A DNA stretch of 63,057 nucleotides, counting the filler, from Octopus bimaculoides (lineage: Eukaryota), in the NCBI RefSeq assembly GCF_001194135.2. It is 8 parts of 7 records of this genome, joined end to end, with 100 filler letters (N's around TTAATTAATTAA, not from the genome) between each part and the next. Parts side by side here need not be neighbours in the genome. Positions count along the whole stretch, not along the records: positions 1 to 10,088 come from NC_068992.1; positions 10,189 to 17,067 come from NC_069005.1; 6 more parts are not named here. One strand, given 5' to 3'. Shown in pieces: positions 1 to 11,135 of the stretch. Below the pieces are notes generated by a model that did no database searches, was not told the origin of the DNA, and was given only the letters and a program-made list of their open reading frames with translations. Every line of letters starts with the position of its first letter. Within the stretch, counting starts at the first letter, position 1. The position numbers and the translations under genes were made by a program.

Positions 1-31
<31 letters not shown>

Positions 32-264
32 CATTGGACCCAAAATGAATCTTCATGCATTGACTACATATTAAATTTTATTAAAGTTGACCAATACTTT
101 TCAAGCAATGAACAATTTTCCTCAAAAGAATGATATGATTTGTCGTCTTGGAACTTATTGCAAAGCTGCGTGATAAACAACATTTTCTATATTCCCATTC
201 GAAGGTCAGTACAATTTTGTTCTATGTAACCTCTTTCTTTTTCTCTCTTTATCTGTTAATTATT

Positions 265-480
265 TTCAACCATCACCATCACCAGTACCACTACCATCGC
301 CACCACAGCTGCCATAAACACACACCACTCAGACTTCTGACACCACCACCATCGATAGCTTTGAGGTCACCGCCTTCCCCTCCACCACCATCACTACTGT
401 CTTTCACATTGCTTACTATCACCGTCATCCCTGATCGCCATGGCTACCACCACCATCATCATCATCGCCTCCGCCTTGAA
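265..480. repeat. CAC/CAT-rich low-complexity tract
   Basis: Degenerate (CAC/CAT/CAT)n runs; they account for the His/Pro-rich spurious ORF 148..687. Confidence 0.8.
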
Positions 481-657
481 GTCGCAGGAGAATCTGACGG
501 TGATAACATTCTCAACCATAATCTAGTCGATACTCCTTGGCTTCTAAAAATACTCCTATTTTTGGATGATAAAGTGTGTTCCTTTTACCCTGTATGCAAA
601 CTATCAAATGTAGACCTCCTGTTCTATATACATGCGTGTGTGTGTATGTGTGTGTGT

Positions 658-871
658 GTTATTTCTTTATTGCCCACAAGGGGCTAAACATAGAAGGGAC
701 AAACAAAGACAGACAAACGGATTAAGTCGATTACATCGACCCTAGTGCGTAACTGGTACTTAATTTATCGACCCCGAAAGGATGAAAGGCAAAGTCGACC
801 TCAGCGGAATTTGAACGCAGAACGTAGCGGCAGACGAAATAGCGCTAAACATTTCGCCCGGTGTGCTAACG

Positions 872-877
<6 letters not shown>
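658..877 (-). mobile_element. SINE, family A (my label)
   Basis: Minus strand: head with B-box-like GTTCAAATTCC, body GAGGTCGACTTTGCCTTTCATCCTTTCGGGGTCGATAAA, tail ...GTGGGCAATAAAGAAATAA. Same body recurs near 14.5, 15.7, 31.4, 44.4, 46.0, 56.9 and 58.9 kb. Confidence 0.8.
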
Positions 878-906
<29 letters not shown>

Positions 907-938
907 GTATGTGCGTTTGAGTACATATACATGTGTGT

Positions 939-1310
939 GTATGCAGTGTCTGTGTAAGACCGTGCCTCAGTAAAGCTGGGCTTATGAGTCATCTTTGTAT
1001 TCATAAAGCAAGACCGATGGTTGACTACCAGGCCGCTGGTGATGATGCTACACACCATACTAATCATGTCTGTCGGGCATGTGGAAGGGAGTGTGATTGA
1101 GCAGGAGGACTTAAACGACACGCAAAGGTACATGGAGCCCAATTACAACAACAGCCAGCTATTGCCAGTAAAGGCTTTGGATGCCAACTCTGTGCAAGAT
1201 ATTGTAGGTCTTTGGCTGGGCTAAAAAGTCACATTCGATCACAGCACCGTTAAGTTAAGCTTCATGCAGTGGTCATACTCGATAACGAGGGGACAGCCAT
1301 CATACACACG
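939..1310 (+). mobile_element. 3' end of an RTE-like LINE ORF encoding three C2H2-type zinc fingers, plus short 3' UTR; one in-frame stop
   Basis: Frame 939..1253: VCSVCVRPCLSKAGLMSHLCIH-22aa-CRACGRECD*AGGLKRHAKVH-16aa-CQLCARYCRSLAGLKSHIRSQHR*. Each finger is C-x2-C-x3-C-x8-H-x3/4-H with a GL motif, as in RTE C-termini. TGA at 1098-1100. Confidence 0.65.
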
Positions 1311-2289
1311 CACATACACACATATTTTTGACAACATATTGGAGCTTTGTGTATAACACTTTATTAAACGTGACAGAGAATTCAGAACACGAACTCATTT
1401 ACCCGAAATAATATTGAATGGATATTAACTAAGAGTTGGGTTCGATTGTTTTATCATGCGAAATTACATTAAGAACAGAGATTGGATTAAGAACATTTAC
1501 GTAAAATTATATCGGCATAATGTTATTCATAATGAACTTAAAATCGCCTATATAAAATGACCTACGATCGATAGATTACACTAATAGCATTATTTCTATA
1601 CATATATCATTATAATGTATACTAATTGTTTGTGCAATGAATTTTGCGTAGTCCATATTCCAACGCCAACGGCGGGATAATTAAAATGTAAACTCATGTA
1701 ACGTTACATAAGTGAATTGTTGTATATCGTATTCACAAATTTATAGCTTTTCTGGAATAAAAACTGATAAATGGTTTATTACATTTTGCTGCAACTGGTG
1801 GCAGCAGTTGTTTAATCAATGGGATGGCGTCTAAGATGTCGCTACTCAACATTATTCGTCGGGTTTCTCTTCTTAGAGAAGTCGATATTTGTGTAAACGG
1901 ACGGAATTCATAACCCTTTAGACAAAGCTTTATGGAACTGTTTTATCTGGAATCATCCAATGTATCGCGAATGAACCTTTGGTAATGAAGAGTCAGAACA
2001 ACAGAGCAGGATTAGTTGGTTAAATAAGACTGGTTATAGTTGAAATATATCCAACGTTCGAGAACACTACGACCTTAAACGACTTGAAATACGGTTTTTT
2101 TTTTCAAATAAAACACCAGACAGTATGAATTGCAAAATCTTTAAATATAACGAACAGATAAAGATTTACAGAATTCAACTTAGCTGATCAGAGGCAAAAC
2201 GTATTTTTACAACTCACAGAATAAGACAAATAATCAAGGAAAATTTTTCATGAGTCATGAGTTAGCGGTTTTCGTTATTTACTCCTTTA

Positions 2290-2581
2290 GAGGCGCGTGG
2301 CCTGGTGGTTAGCGTTTCCCGTTCACGCTCCTCAGTTCATGAGTACCATTCCCGGCAATGCATTGCGTCCGTGAGCAACAGCCTTTATTTCACGTTGCTC
2401 CAGTTTACTCAACGGGCAGAAGTGAGTTATAGCTGTAGTTCAAAAGAGCCAGCCATGCAACACTCTGTTTCACGCTAAATTTTCTTGAGAACTACGTTAA
2501 GGGTAACAGTGTGTCCGGAGTGCTCAGCCACTTACACGTTAATTTCACGAACACTCAGCGTCGTAACCGACGGAGTGTCAG
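2290..2581 (+). mobile_element. SINE, family B head + short body + 3' module ending ...GTCGTAACCGACGGAGTGTCA
   Basis: A-box-like TGGCCTGGTGGTTAG head. 3' module matches the reverse complement of 35321-35470 and 61290-61450. Confidence 0.75.
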
Positions 2582-2888
2582 GTTTACACCTTTATTATAC
2601 ACTTACAAAAAAAAAAGTGTTTCTTGTTACAATTCAACCAGCTAGTATGAACAAACTTTGATTACAATCGTAAATGAAACGAACAGAAATTCTGACCAAA
2701 TGTAAATACTAGAAACCTAATTGAAAATAAGATTAATAATCGAGGTGATTATCACCGCTGAGATTAATTAGTAGAAAATTCGTTATTATATGGTTCACTT
2801 TATTTATTAATGACCGTCATATTGAATATAAAAATATTTTAACAATAACGATTCAAAGAACAAAAGACATGTGGGATTTCAATGATCA

Positions 2889-2929
<41 letters not shown>

Positions 2930-3527
2930 NNNNNNNNNNNNNNNNNNNNNNNNNNNNNNNNNNNNNNNNNNNNNNNNNNNNNNNNNNNNNNNNNNNNNNN
3001 NNNNNNNNNNNNNNNNNNNNNNNNNNNNNNNNNNNNNNNNNNNNNNNNNNNNNNNNNNNNNNNNNNNNNNNNNNNNNNNNNNNNNNNNNNNNNNNNNNNN
3101 NNNNNNNNNNNNNNNNNNNNNNNNNNNNNNNNNNNNNNNNNNNNNNNNNNNNNNNNNNNNNNNNNNNNNNNNNNNNNNNNNNNNNNNNNNNNNNNNNNNN
3201 NNNNNNNNNNNNNNNNNNNNNNNNNNNNNNNNNNNNNNNNNNNNNNNNNNNNNNNNNNNNNNNNNNNNNNNNNNNNNNNNNNNNNNNNNNNNNNNNNNNN
3301 NNNNNNNNNNNNNNNNNNNNNNNNNNNNNNNNNNNNNNNNNNNNNNNNNNNNNNNNNNNNNNNNNNNNNNNNNNNNNNNNNNNNNNNNNNNNNNNNNNNN
3401 NNNNNNNNNNNNNNNNNNNNNNNNNNNNNNNNNNNNNNNNNNNNNNNNNNNNNNNNNNNNNNNNNNNNNNNNNNNNNNNNNNNNNNNNNNNNNNNNNNNN
3501 NNNNNNNNNNNNNNNNNNNNNNNNNNN

Positions 3528-3579
<52 letters not shown>

Positions 3580-3842
3580 GAGAATGATTAGATATACATA
3601 CATATATATGTGCGCGCGCGTTTGTGTGTTCTAGTGGTGTCAGGGAGAAAGAGTTTGACCGATACGAATATATATGCGTGTATATATACGTATACTCAGA
3701 AATGCAAAGACATATTTGTAGCACTTCTAGCAGCATATAGAAATGTGTAACTTGCACTGTTACTCAGTGCTTGACTGGTACTTAAATACTTAAATAAGTA
3801 ACCTAATCGATGTCGTTGTCGTTGCGTGTCTTCTTTTTTTAC

Positions 3843-3888
<46 letters not shown>
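3843..3888. repeat. (ATT)n microsatellite forming the tail of the adjacent R4/Dong fragment
   Basis: Direct inspection. Confidence 0.9.
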
Positions 3889-4200
3889 GACACAACAAAG
3901 CCTGTTGGAAAAGAAAAGAATCCTAACATCAGGCCTCAGACGCCAAAAACCCTCCTACTGGGTTACAGTAAGTGATCTTAGATGCCAAGAAGCCTCCTAA
4001 CTATCCTAACTGTCCCTAATAACACTGTTTCCTGCAGCTGTACTAAACTGGTTTTATACTTACTTCCTCTATCCATTTATTCAGATACCAGGATCATTCT
4101 CTAACAATTTTCAGTTCAATTTTTGATCTTTACAAGTGTAACCGTCTTGAGATGCTATCTTTGTTCCAGTTACTCTCATCATCTGTTCAACGTTCATTTT
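3889..4200 (-). mobile_element. R4/Dong-type non-LTR retrotransposon, 3' terminal fragment
   Basis: Minus-strand translation ...LVQLQETVLLGTVRIVRRLLGI*, the typical C-terminus after the RLE domain, then 3' UTR and (TAA)n tail. Confidence 0.7.
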
Positions 4201-4263
4201 TTGGTCTTGTTTTTCGCTTGGGCAGTGACATTATGAGAGGGGTTTGTCAGTTCAGATTTAAAT

Positions 4264-4267
4264 GATT

Positions 4268-4311
<44 letters not shown>

Positions 4312-4313
4312 AA

Positions 4314-4360
<47 letters not shown>
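4264..4360. repeat. Compound (ATC)n(ATT)n microsatellite
   Basis: Direct inspection. Confidence 0.95.
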
Positions 4361-4362
<2 letters not shown>

Positions 4363-5071
4363 GAACATGTAAGCATATTCATCAAGGTTGGATAACATAT
4401 TTCCGATAGACAGATGGATACACTAATGAAACATATAATGATTTATACTTTCTTTGCATTTATAGGTAGATTAGGACAGAATATAAATGAATTAAAATGG
4501 CTGACTTGATTAAAGATCATGCTTCGGAATATGTAAACATTTAAAACAAATAGCTAACACTATCATCGTTTAAAATAGCGCAGACATGGAACGAAAACGA
4601 ACTGTTTATTCACATAGTAATTATAACCAATTTAATATATACGTACTAAGTATATTTTATATAAAAGCATTAACTAGATTACAGGAAAAACACATGAACG
4701 AAGTATGCATTAAAGAACTTCTATATGTATTTATCATGTAAATGATGTTCTAAATATATATTATTGTAGGTGTTTTTTTTTTATCTCCTGTTTGCACTAT
4801 GCTACATAGATAAATGTTCTTTTTTAATAAGTAATGATTTGTACATAATTATAAATAAATTGGATCAGATGTCGAAAATTACTTACATAATATCATTTCG
4901 TGGAAATTTGCTTACATATGCATACACAAATACATATACGTATTATATATTATACATACATACTTACACAAATTATATGTGCATGTGTGTGTGTGTGTGT
5001 GTGTTTCCATGTATCTAATGATTATCTTGCAATCTGTTGATGTATGTGTGGGTGTGCAAGTATAAAGGCCA

Positions 5072-5240
5072 CAGCATGGCTGAATTGTTAAGAATTTTCC
5101 TTCGCAAGTACAAGGTGTTGGGTTCGCTCCATTCCAGAAACTGATAGCAACCTGCGGAAATGTAATTTTTCTCTCACCTCTCACACTACAGTTCGACCAA
5201 TGAGTTTTGAGTGGAACTAGCCAGATAGAAGGCTTATAGA
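5072..5240 (+). mobile_element. Degenerate SINE family C head
   Basis: GCATGGCTGAATTGTTAAG...GGGTTCGCTCC...GAGTGGAACTAGCCAGA; diverged match to 48500-48636 and the reverse complement of 10980-11135. Confidence 0.55.
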
Positions 5241-5544
5241 TACAAGTGGTGTCGATTATACCCGTAAATCAACAAATAGATATTCGCCACACACTACACG
5301 ACGCTGATTGTGTGAGGTTCGTGTTGGGGTGGGGGCTTTCAGCTACTTCCACGTTCATGAGCAATTTTTGCCTAGATCGTATTCTGAAATTTTATCGAGG
5401 AATAGCGAATATACACTATCATCACCGACTGTATATATATATGTATATATATATATATATTCCGGAATTGAGCGAACCCAACATATATACATATATACAA
5501 ACATATATATACATATATATACATATATATACACACATGTCTAT

Positions 5545-5627
<83 letters not shown>

Positions 5628-5786
5628 GTACAGATAAGATTGCATCTAATGATGTAATGTAATAGGCATATACAAAATGTGCTCGGATTGGCTAACCACT
5701 AAAACCCCGATTTGGATTGTGTATGTGGTGTTGTAGATTTCTTGGTATAAGCGGTTCAACATTGAGCAGACATATTCATGCATACT

Positions 5787-5829
<43 letters not shown>

Positions 5830-7304
5830 ATAGCGTCGACCGCTAACGTGGACAATGGCCCCTGATAATTAATCGATATTAATTAATATATTAATATATG
5901 ACTAATTACCAGATCTTATAATAATTATAGATATATATATATACATACATATATATATATGTATGTATATATATAAATATATATATACATAATTATGTGT
6001 ATTTCTTCTATCTTAATGAATAAAAATTCTTCTGATAGAATAAATGGGTTAATAGAAACCAATGTAGCAAAGAACACAAAATAACTGTGGTTTAGTTCCT
6101 GTTTTTAAGGCAGGAACTCCTTGAAATTTTGGGTATTTGAGTATATTTAAGAATTTAAGGAATGGAGAAAACGCATGTTATAATTGCATACTTTATTCCT
6201 ACATATGTTTCAAAGGATTACAACCTGTGTGATCCATAGGGATCGTTGATATTAAAATTGTAACCTTCTCATCTTAAACGTAAGACATTATGACCGATTA
6301 TGAAAACAATAGATGGATAAGTTTATGCTTTGATTCATTTGAAAAAAACCGTTAGAGAATTGGACGCTGCCGGATAATGCGTTGGACAACACATACCTAT
6401 AAATGTGTGAGAACGTACATGCATACATAAATACACATACACAAACACACACATACATGCATACTGATACACACACACACATATATATATATATGTATAT
6501 ACATATACATACATATGTGCACTTGTATATACATATATGTATATATATATGTATATACATATNNNNNNNNNNNNNNNNNNNNNNNNNNNNNNNNNNNNNN
6601 NNNNNNNNNNNNNNNNNNNNNNNNNNNNNNNNNNNNNNNNNNNNNNNNNNNNNNNNNNNNNNNNNNNNNNNNNNNNNNNNNNNNNNNNNNNNNNNNNNNN
6701 NNNNNNNNNNNNNNNNNNNNNNNNNNNNNNNNNNNNNNNNNNNNNNNNNNNNNNNNNNNNNNNNNNNNNNNNNNNNNNNNNNNNNNNNNNNNNNNNNNNN
6801 NNNNNNNNNNNNNNNNNNNNNNNNNNNNNNNNNNNNNNNNNNNNNNNNNNNNNNNNNNNNNNNNNNNNNNNNNNNNNNNNNNNNNNNNNNNNNNNNNNNN
6901 NNNNNNNNNNNNNNNNNNNNNNNNNNNNNNNNNNNNNNNNNNNNNNNNNNNNNNNNNNNNNNNNNNNNNNNNNNNNNNNNNNNNNNNNNNNNNNNNNNNN
7001 NNNNNNNNNNNNNNNNNNNNNNNNNNNNNNNNNNNNNNNNNNNNNNNNNNNNNNNNNNNNNNNNNNNNNNNNNNNNNNNNNNNNNNNNNNNNNNNNNNNN
7101 NNNNNNNNNNNNNNNNNNNNNNNNNNNNNNNNNNNNNNNNNNNNNNNNNNNNNNNNNNNNNNNNNNNNNNNNNNNNNNNNNNNNNNNNNNNNNNNNNNNA
7201 AAATACATCTACACAAATATGCTCCCATACTTATTCACAAGTACACTCATATTTGAATATATAAACAAACCTATGTTTTAATAAATACGTATCATATATA
7301 TATA

Positions 7305-9240
7305 TATATATATATAATCATAATATTATTAGGGACAAAATCCAAAATTACAAGTAAAAAACTCAATTAAAATCAATTTATAAAAAATTAAAATTAAATT
7401 GAGCCTTATAGATAAAGTATATATAAAATATATATAGTTTTAGGGAAAATAACCAATTTTCAAGAACTCATCGATGAAAATCCACTATCACATATAGAAA
7501 AAATAATAATTAAAAGCACAATAAATGAGTATAATATAAAGTAAAGTAAATATCATAAGATAAATATAATATATAGATACATACATACATGTATGTATGT
7601 ATGTATATGTGACCATGTATATGTGACCATGTATATGGGTGGATGTAGTTCTAGCTTAGCAATAAGGACTCAATACCGTTTAGCCCTGAGTGTGTGGCAC
7701 TTGATGTTGATGTATATTGTGTGCCTACCGAATCATTGAGGCGCAGGAATGTTGACCTTTAATTCCTGTGCATTGAACAAGAATCCTTCAACGAGGTTTA
7801 GGCTAATATATCGTGATTCGTAAGCTTTTAAGTTTTATACATACATTAGAAGGGAATATTTTTATGATACAAACATTAAATAAGAGTTTTTCTATAAATG
7901 GATACTGAAAGTTGGAGGACAAAATGTAGCTTTTCTTGGATGGAGTCTTGGCAAATGCGAGCACTGGGTTTATAAAGTCGGAGGACCTGTAGAATAGAAT
8001 ATACCTCATTTGATGCCGAGGAAGGTGCTCCAGTGGCCACAGATTATCTAGAGGTGTGAGAATAAAAAGATGGACTTCTTCTGTCTTGTAAACTGAAAGA
8101 ATGCATATATGGTGAGTATGCCACACTAAAATGTTGGCCGTCGTTTCTTTGAAGTATATCGTAATACCATCGGTCCATATAATAGTAGCTATATAGAACA
8201 CAGCTTGGTAGGCGCAGGATCCTGCAAGTGGACAGATGGATGGATTTCGAAATTGCAGGTGGACGGATATTTTGTAGTTGCGTGTTTCCTTCGGTTGTAA
8301 TCATGTGATTTTAGAAGCTATATTATCTAAACATGAATGGGTGGCCTTATACATAGCAGAATTTAAACGGTTTATCTTTATGGGATTAATGCGATCTAAA
8401 GAAATGTTACCAAATATCAGGAAGTACCTAAATATTTGAAAAAAATTAGATTTAATACAGGACATATCAGATGAAGCTTCTTTTTAAAATTTATTGTGAA
8501 TCTGAAGTGCAGTTGGCAGAGGTATTCCATGTGTACTAATCTGTTATTAAAGCCAACCCTTGCTAGTGCCTTGTTGGAAATAAATTGCTGCTTCTTGAAG
8601 ATCTTTCTATCAGCCGATTGCTTGCAGAATTGTCTGAAGATATTTTTAACGACGTTTCTTATTATAGCAAGAAGGTAGTTGGAATGCTTTAAAATGTAAA
8701 CCGCTTTCTTAATCAGGTTTCTCTAGGGTTAGTACTTGACCGCCTCGTCCTCTAAGAAGTCAATATTTCGTAACTTTGCGATGGCAGTTATACACAGGCT
8801 GAACGTTTAGATTCCACCTGAAACTATGTATGATGTGCCAATTCATACAGTTTGTGATAACCAGAATATCCGTGTGAAGGGACGTTGAACTTCCGTTTTA
8901 TTACAGTTCCTACTTGATATACATGGAAGGTGACATGCTATTTGATGTGTCTGTGTGGATCTATCGTGTGATTGAAGTGACTGACCGTATCGTGCTCTTC
9001 ATTCAAGATTCATTGCGAAAACATGTACAGAGATCGACCCTATGCAGGTCTGATATTTGATATTGGTGTCATAGAAGTTATGTACTTTTAAACTATTTCA
9101 ACCCATTGACATTCAAATATCTCGAATTAGCAACATAGACCAGGATGCACTATGCTTGTTGTCCGTGCAGAGCTTACTCACTACGAGTTGCTGCAGCTCA
9201 AATAATGCAGCAGACTTAACATCCATATCTATGCCAGATG
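7305..9240 (-). mobile_element. Degenerate Penelope-like element (RT thumb + GIY-YIG endonuclease), Nematis-like motif set
   Basis: Minus strand across frameshifts: NIDFLED..KAVYILKHSNYLLAIIRNVVKNIFRQF..ADRKIF..NKALARVGF (thumb); YKATHSCLDNIASKI; CNF/RNPSICPLAGSCAYQAVFYIATI..TIYFKETT (Cys-rich GIY-YIG); ..HSF; terminal ..RILVQC. Many stops. Confidence 0.7.
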
Positions 9241-10046
9241 GCCGACTTACGTAACAATAGAAAGATATAATTAGAATATATCAAGCTGGAAATTCACAAA
9301 GTAGTTCAGTGAATATGCCTGAGAATATGCTTCATTAATAGAAAATATGAGATTCAGAAATAATTCTATATAATATAACTTAAGCCTAAAAGTAAAATAT
9401 AAAAATAAAATTTGGAAAATTGTGTTTACCATATCGGAAATATGTTTTGAAATCTTTTGTAAGTTATATTTGTTAATGCACGATATTATAAAATATTTAT
9501 AATTCCTTACTCAGTTTATTTTTGGTAGAGTAGAATCTTTCTAAAGGTTTACTTCCGAATTTCAAACATACTCAATAAGCATGCTAATCATTTCGCATGA
9601 AAAAATATTTGACTTAAATTACTAGAAACTTATAATCGATTAAACTATTCTGCATTTCAATTCATAATAGAACATAGAAAGGACGGGAAAAAATTCGAAT
9701 ATTTTATTTAATAGGCGTTACAACATTCATAGATATTTCGTGCAATTTATATATAAATATAAAAGTAAATATCTCTAATTTCAAAGGGATTTTTCCTTAA
9801 TATTGATCTCCTTTCTGAAAGGAGCGCAAATTAATATGCTGATTTCGGAAACCGTTATTGTTTTGAAAATGCATCGCTCTTCGTCTCAAAGGATTCTCAT
9901 AGAAATAGAGGAAGAGGAGTTGATATTATAAAAGAACAGTTCTCTGAAATGGTTTTACAAATAATTATATTTTTACATATAGACAAACACACACGCGCGC
10001 GCACATGTATATATGCGTGTTTACATATGAATAGGTATAGATATCG

Positions 10047-10088
<42 letters not shown>

Positions 10089-10132
10089 NNNNNNNNNNNN
10101 NNNNNNNNNNNNNNNNNNNNNNNNNNNNNNNN

Positions 10133-10144
10133 TTAATTAATTAA
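10133..10144. other. Assembly spacer TTAATTAATTAA inside a 100-bp N gap
   Basis: 44 N + palindromic six-frame stop 12-mer + 44 N. Confidence 0.95.
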
Positions 10145-10256
10145 NNNNNNNNNNNNNNNNNNNNNNNNNNNNNNNNNNNNNNNNNNNNTTCTTTGTCTAC
10201 CTCTTTCATTTCTCATGGAAAACTTTTTTTATTCTCTATAAACGTATATCGCTCAC

Positions 10257-10287
<31 letters not shown>

Positions 10288-10704
10288 ATTTGTTAGTGTG
10301 TGTATGCATGGGATTTAAAAAAGGCATCTAAAAGAAAGTTTGTTTTAATAGCGAGAAAAGAAATTATTTTTGAAAACTCTATTTACCCTGACTCCTACCT
10401 AAACTGTAGAAGCGAAAGTTTTAGTCTGTGTCAGCTTAAGAGAAGTTACATGATAGCTTACAGGCTGCACCATGATTATAAACGCTGGGAACTCCACCAT
10501 TGGTTTTTCCACCATCACATCCTGAGAACCTGGTAAAGCTTTTAGCCCCACCACACACACGTACACAAATGCTCACAAAAGTGCATCAAAGCACATGGAA
10601 AGTAATTTTCTATACTAATAACCCCAACCTTGCAAATGAAAACAAGAAATACCCCAAATAACAAAAACAGATAAAGAAATGACCCGCCTAAACTTACTAC
10701 CTGC

Positions 10705-11135
10705 TCTCTCTTTACTCTTTTACTTGTTTCAGTCATTTGACTGCGGCCATGCTGGAGCACCGCCTTTAGTCGAGCAAATCGACCCCATGACTTATTCTTT
10801 GTAAGCTTAGTACTTATTCTATCGGTGTCTTTTGCCGAACCGCTAAGTTACGGGGACGTAAACACACCAGCATCGGTTGTCAAGCAATGTTGGGGGGGGG
10901 GGAACAAACACAGACACAAAACATATACACACACATACATACATACATACATACATATATACACATATATACGATGGTCTTCTTTCAGTTTCCGTCTACC
11001 AAATCCACTCACAAGGCTTTGGTCAGCCCGAGGCTATAGTAGAAGACACTTAACCCAAGGTGCCACGCAGTGGGACTGAACCCAGAACCATGTGGTTGGT
11101 AAGCAAGCTACTTACCACACAGCCACTCCTGCACC
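10705..11135 (-). mobile_element. SINE family C, near full length, with internal (TACA)n
   Basis: Minus strand: A-box TGGCTGTGTGG, B-box GGTTCAGTCCC, body, tail ...GCTCCAGCATGGCCGCAGTCAAATGACTGAAACAAGTAAAAGAGTAAA. Confidence 0.85.

Noticed and set aside
148-687. 179-aa His/Pro-rich ORF
   Set aside because: Translation of CAC/CAT low-complexity sequence and (GT)n; TTG start; no domain.
1824-1913. Short ORF MASKMSLLNIIRRVSLLREVDICVNGRNS resembling a mitochondrial targeting peptide
   Set aside because: Only 29 aa, no convincing splice donor and no downstream exon found; compatible with chance.
6025-6080. CTGATAGA...GAAACCAATGTA hammerhead-like string
   Set aside because: No pairing stem II or stem I.
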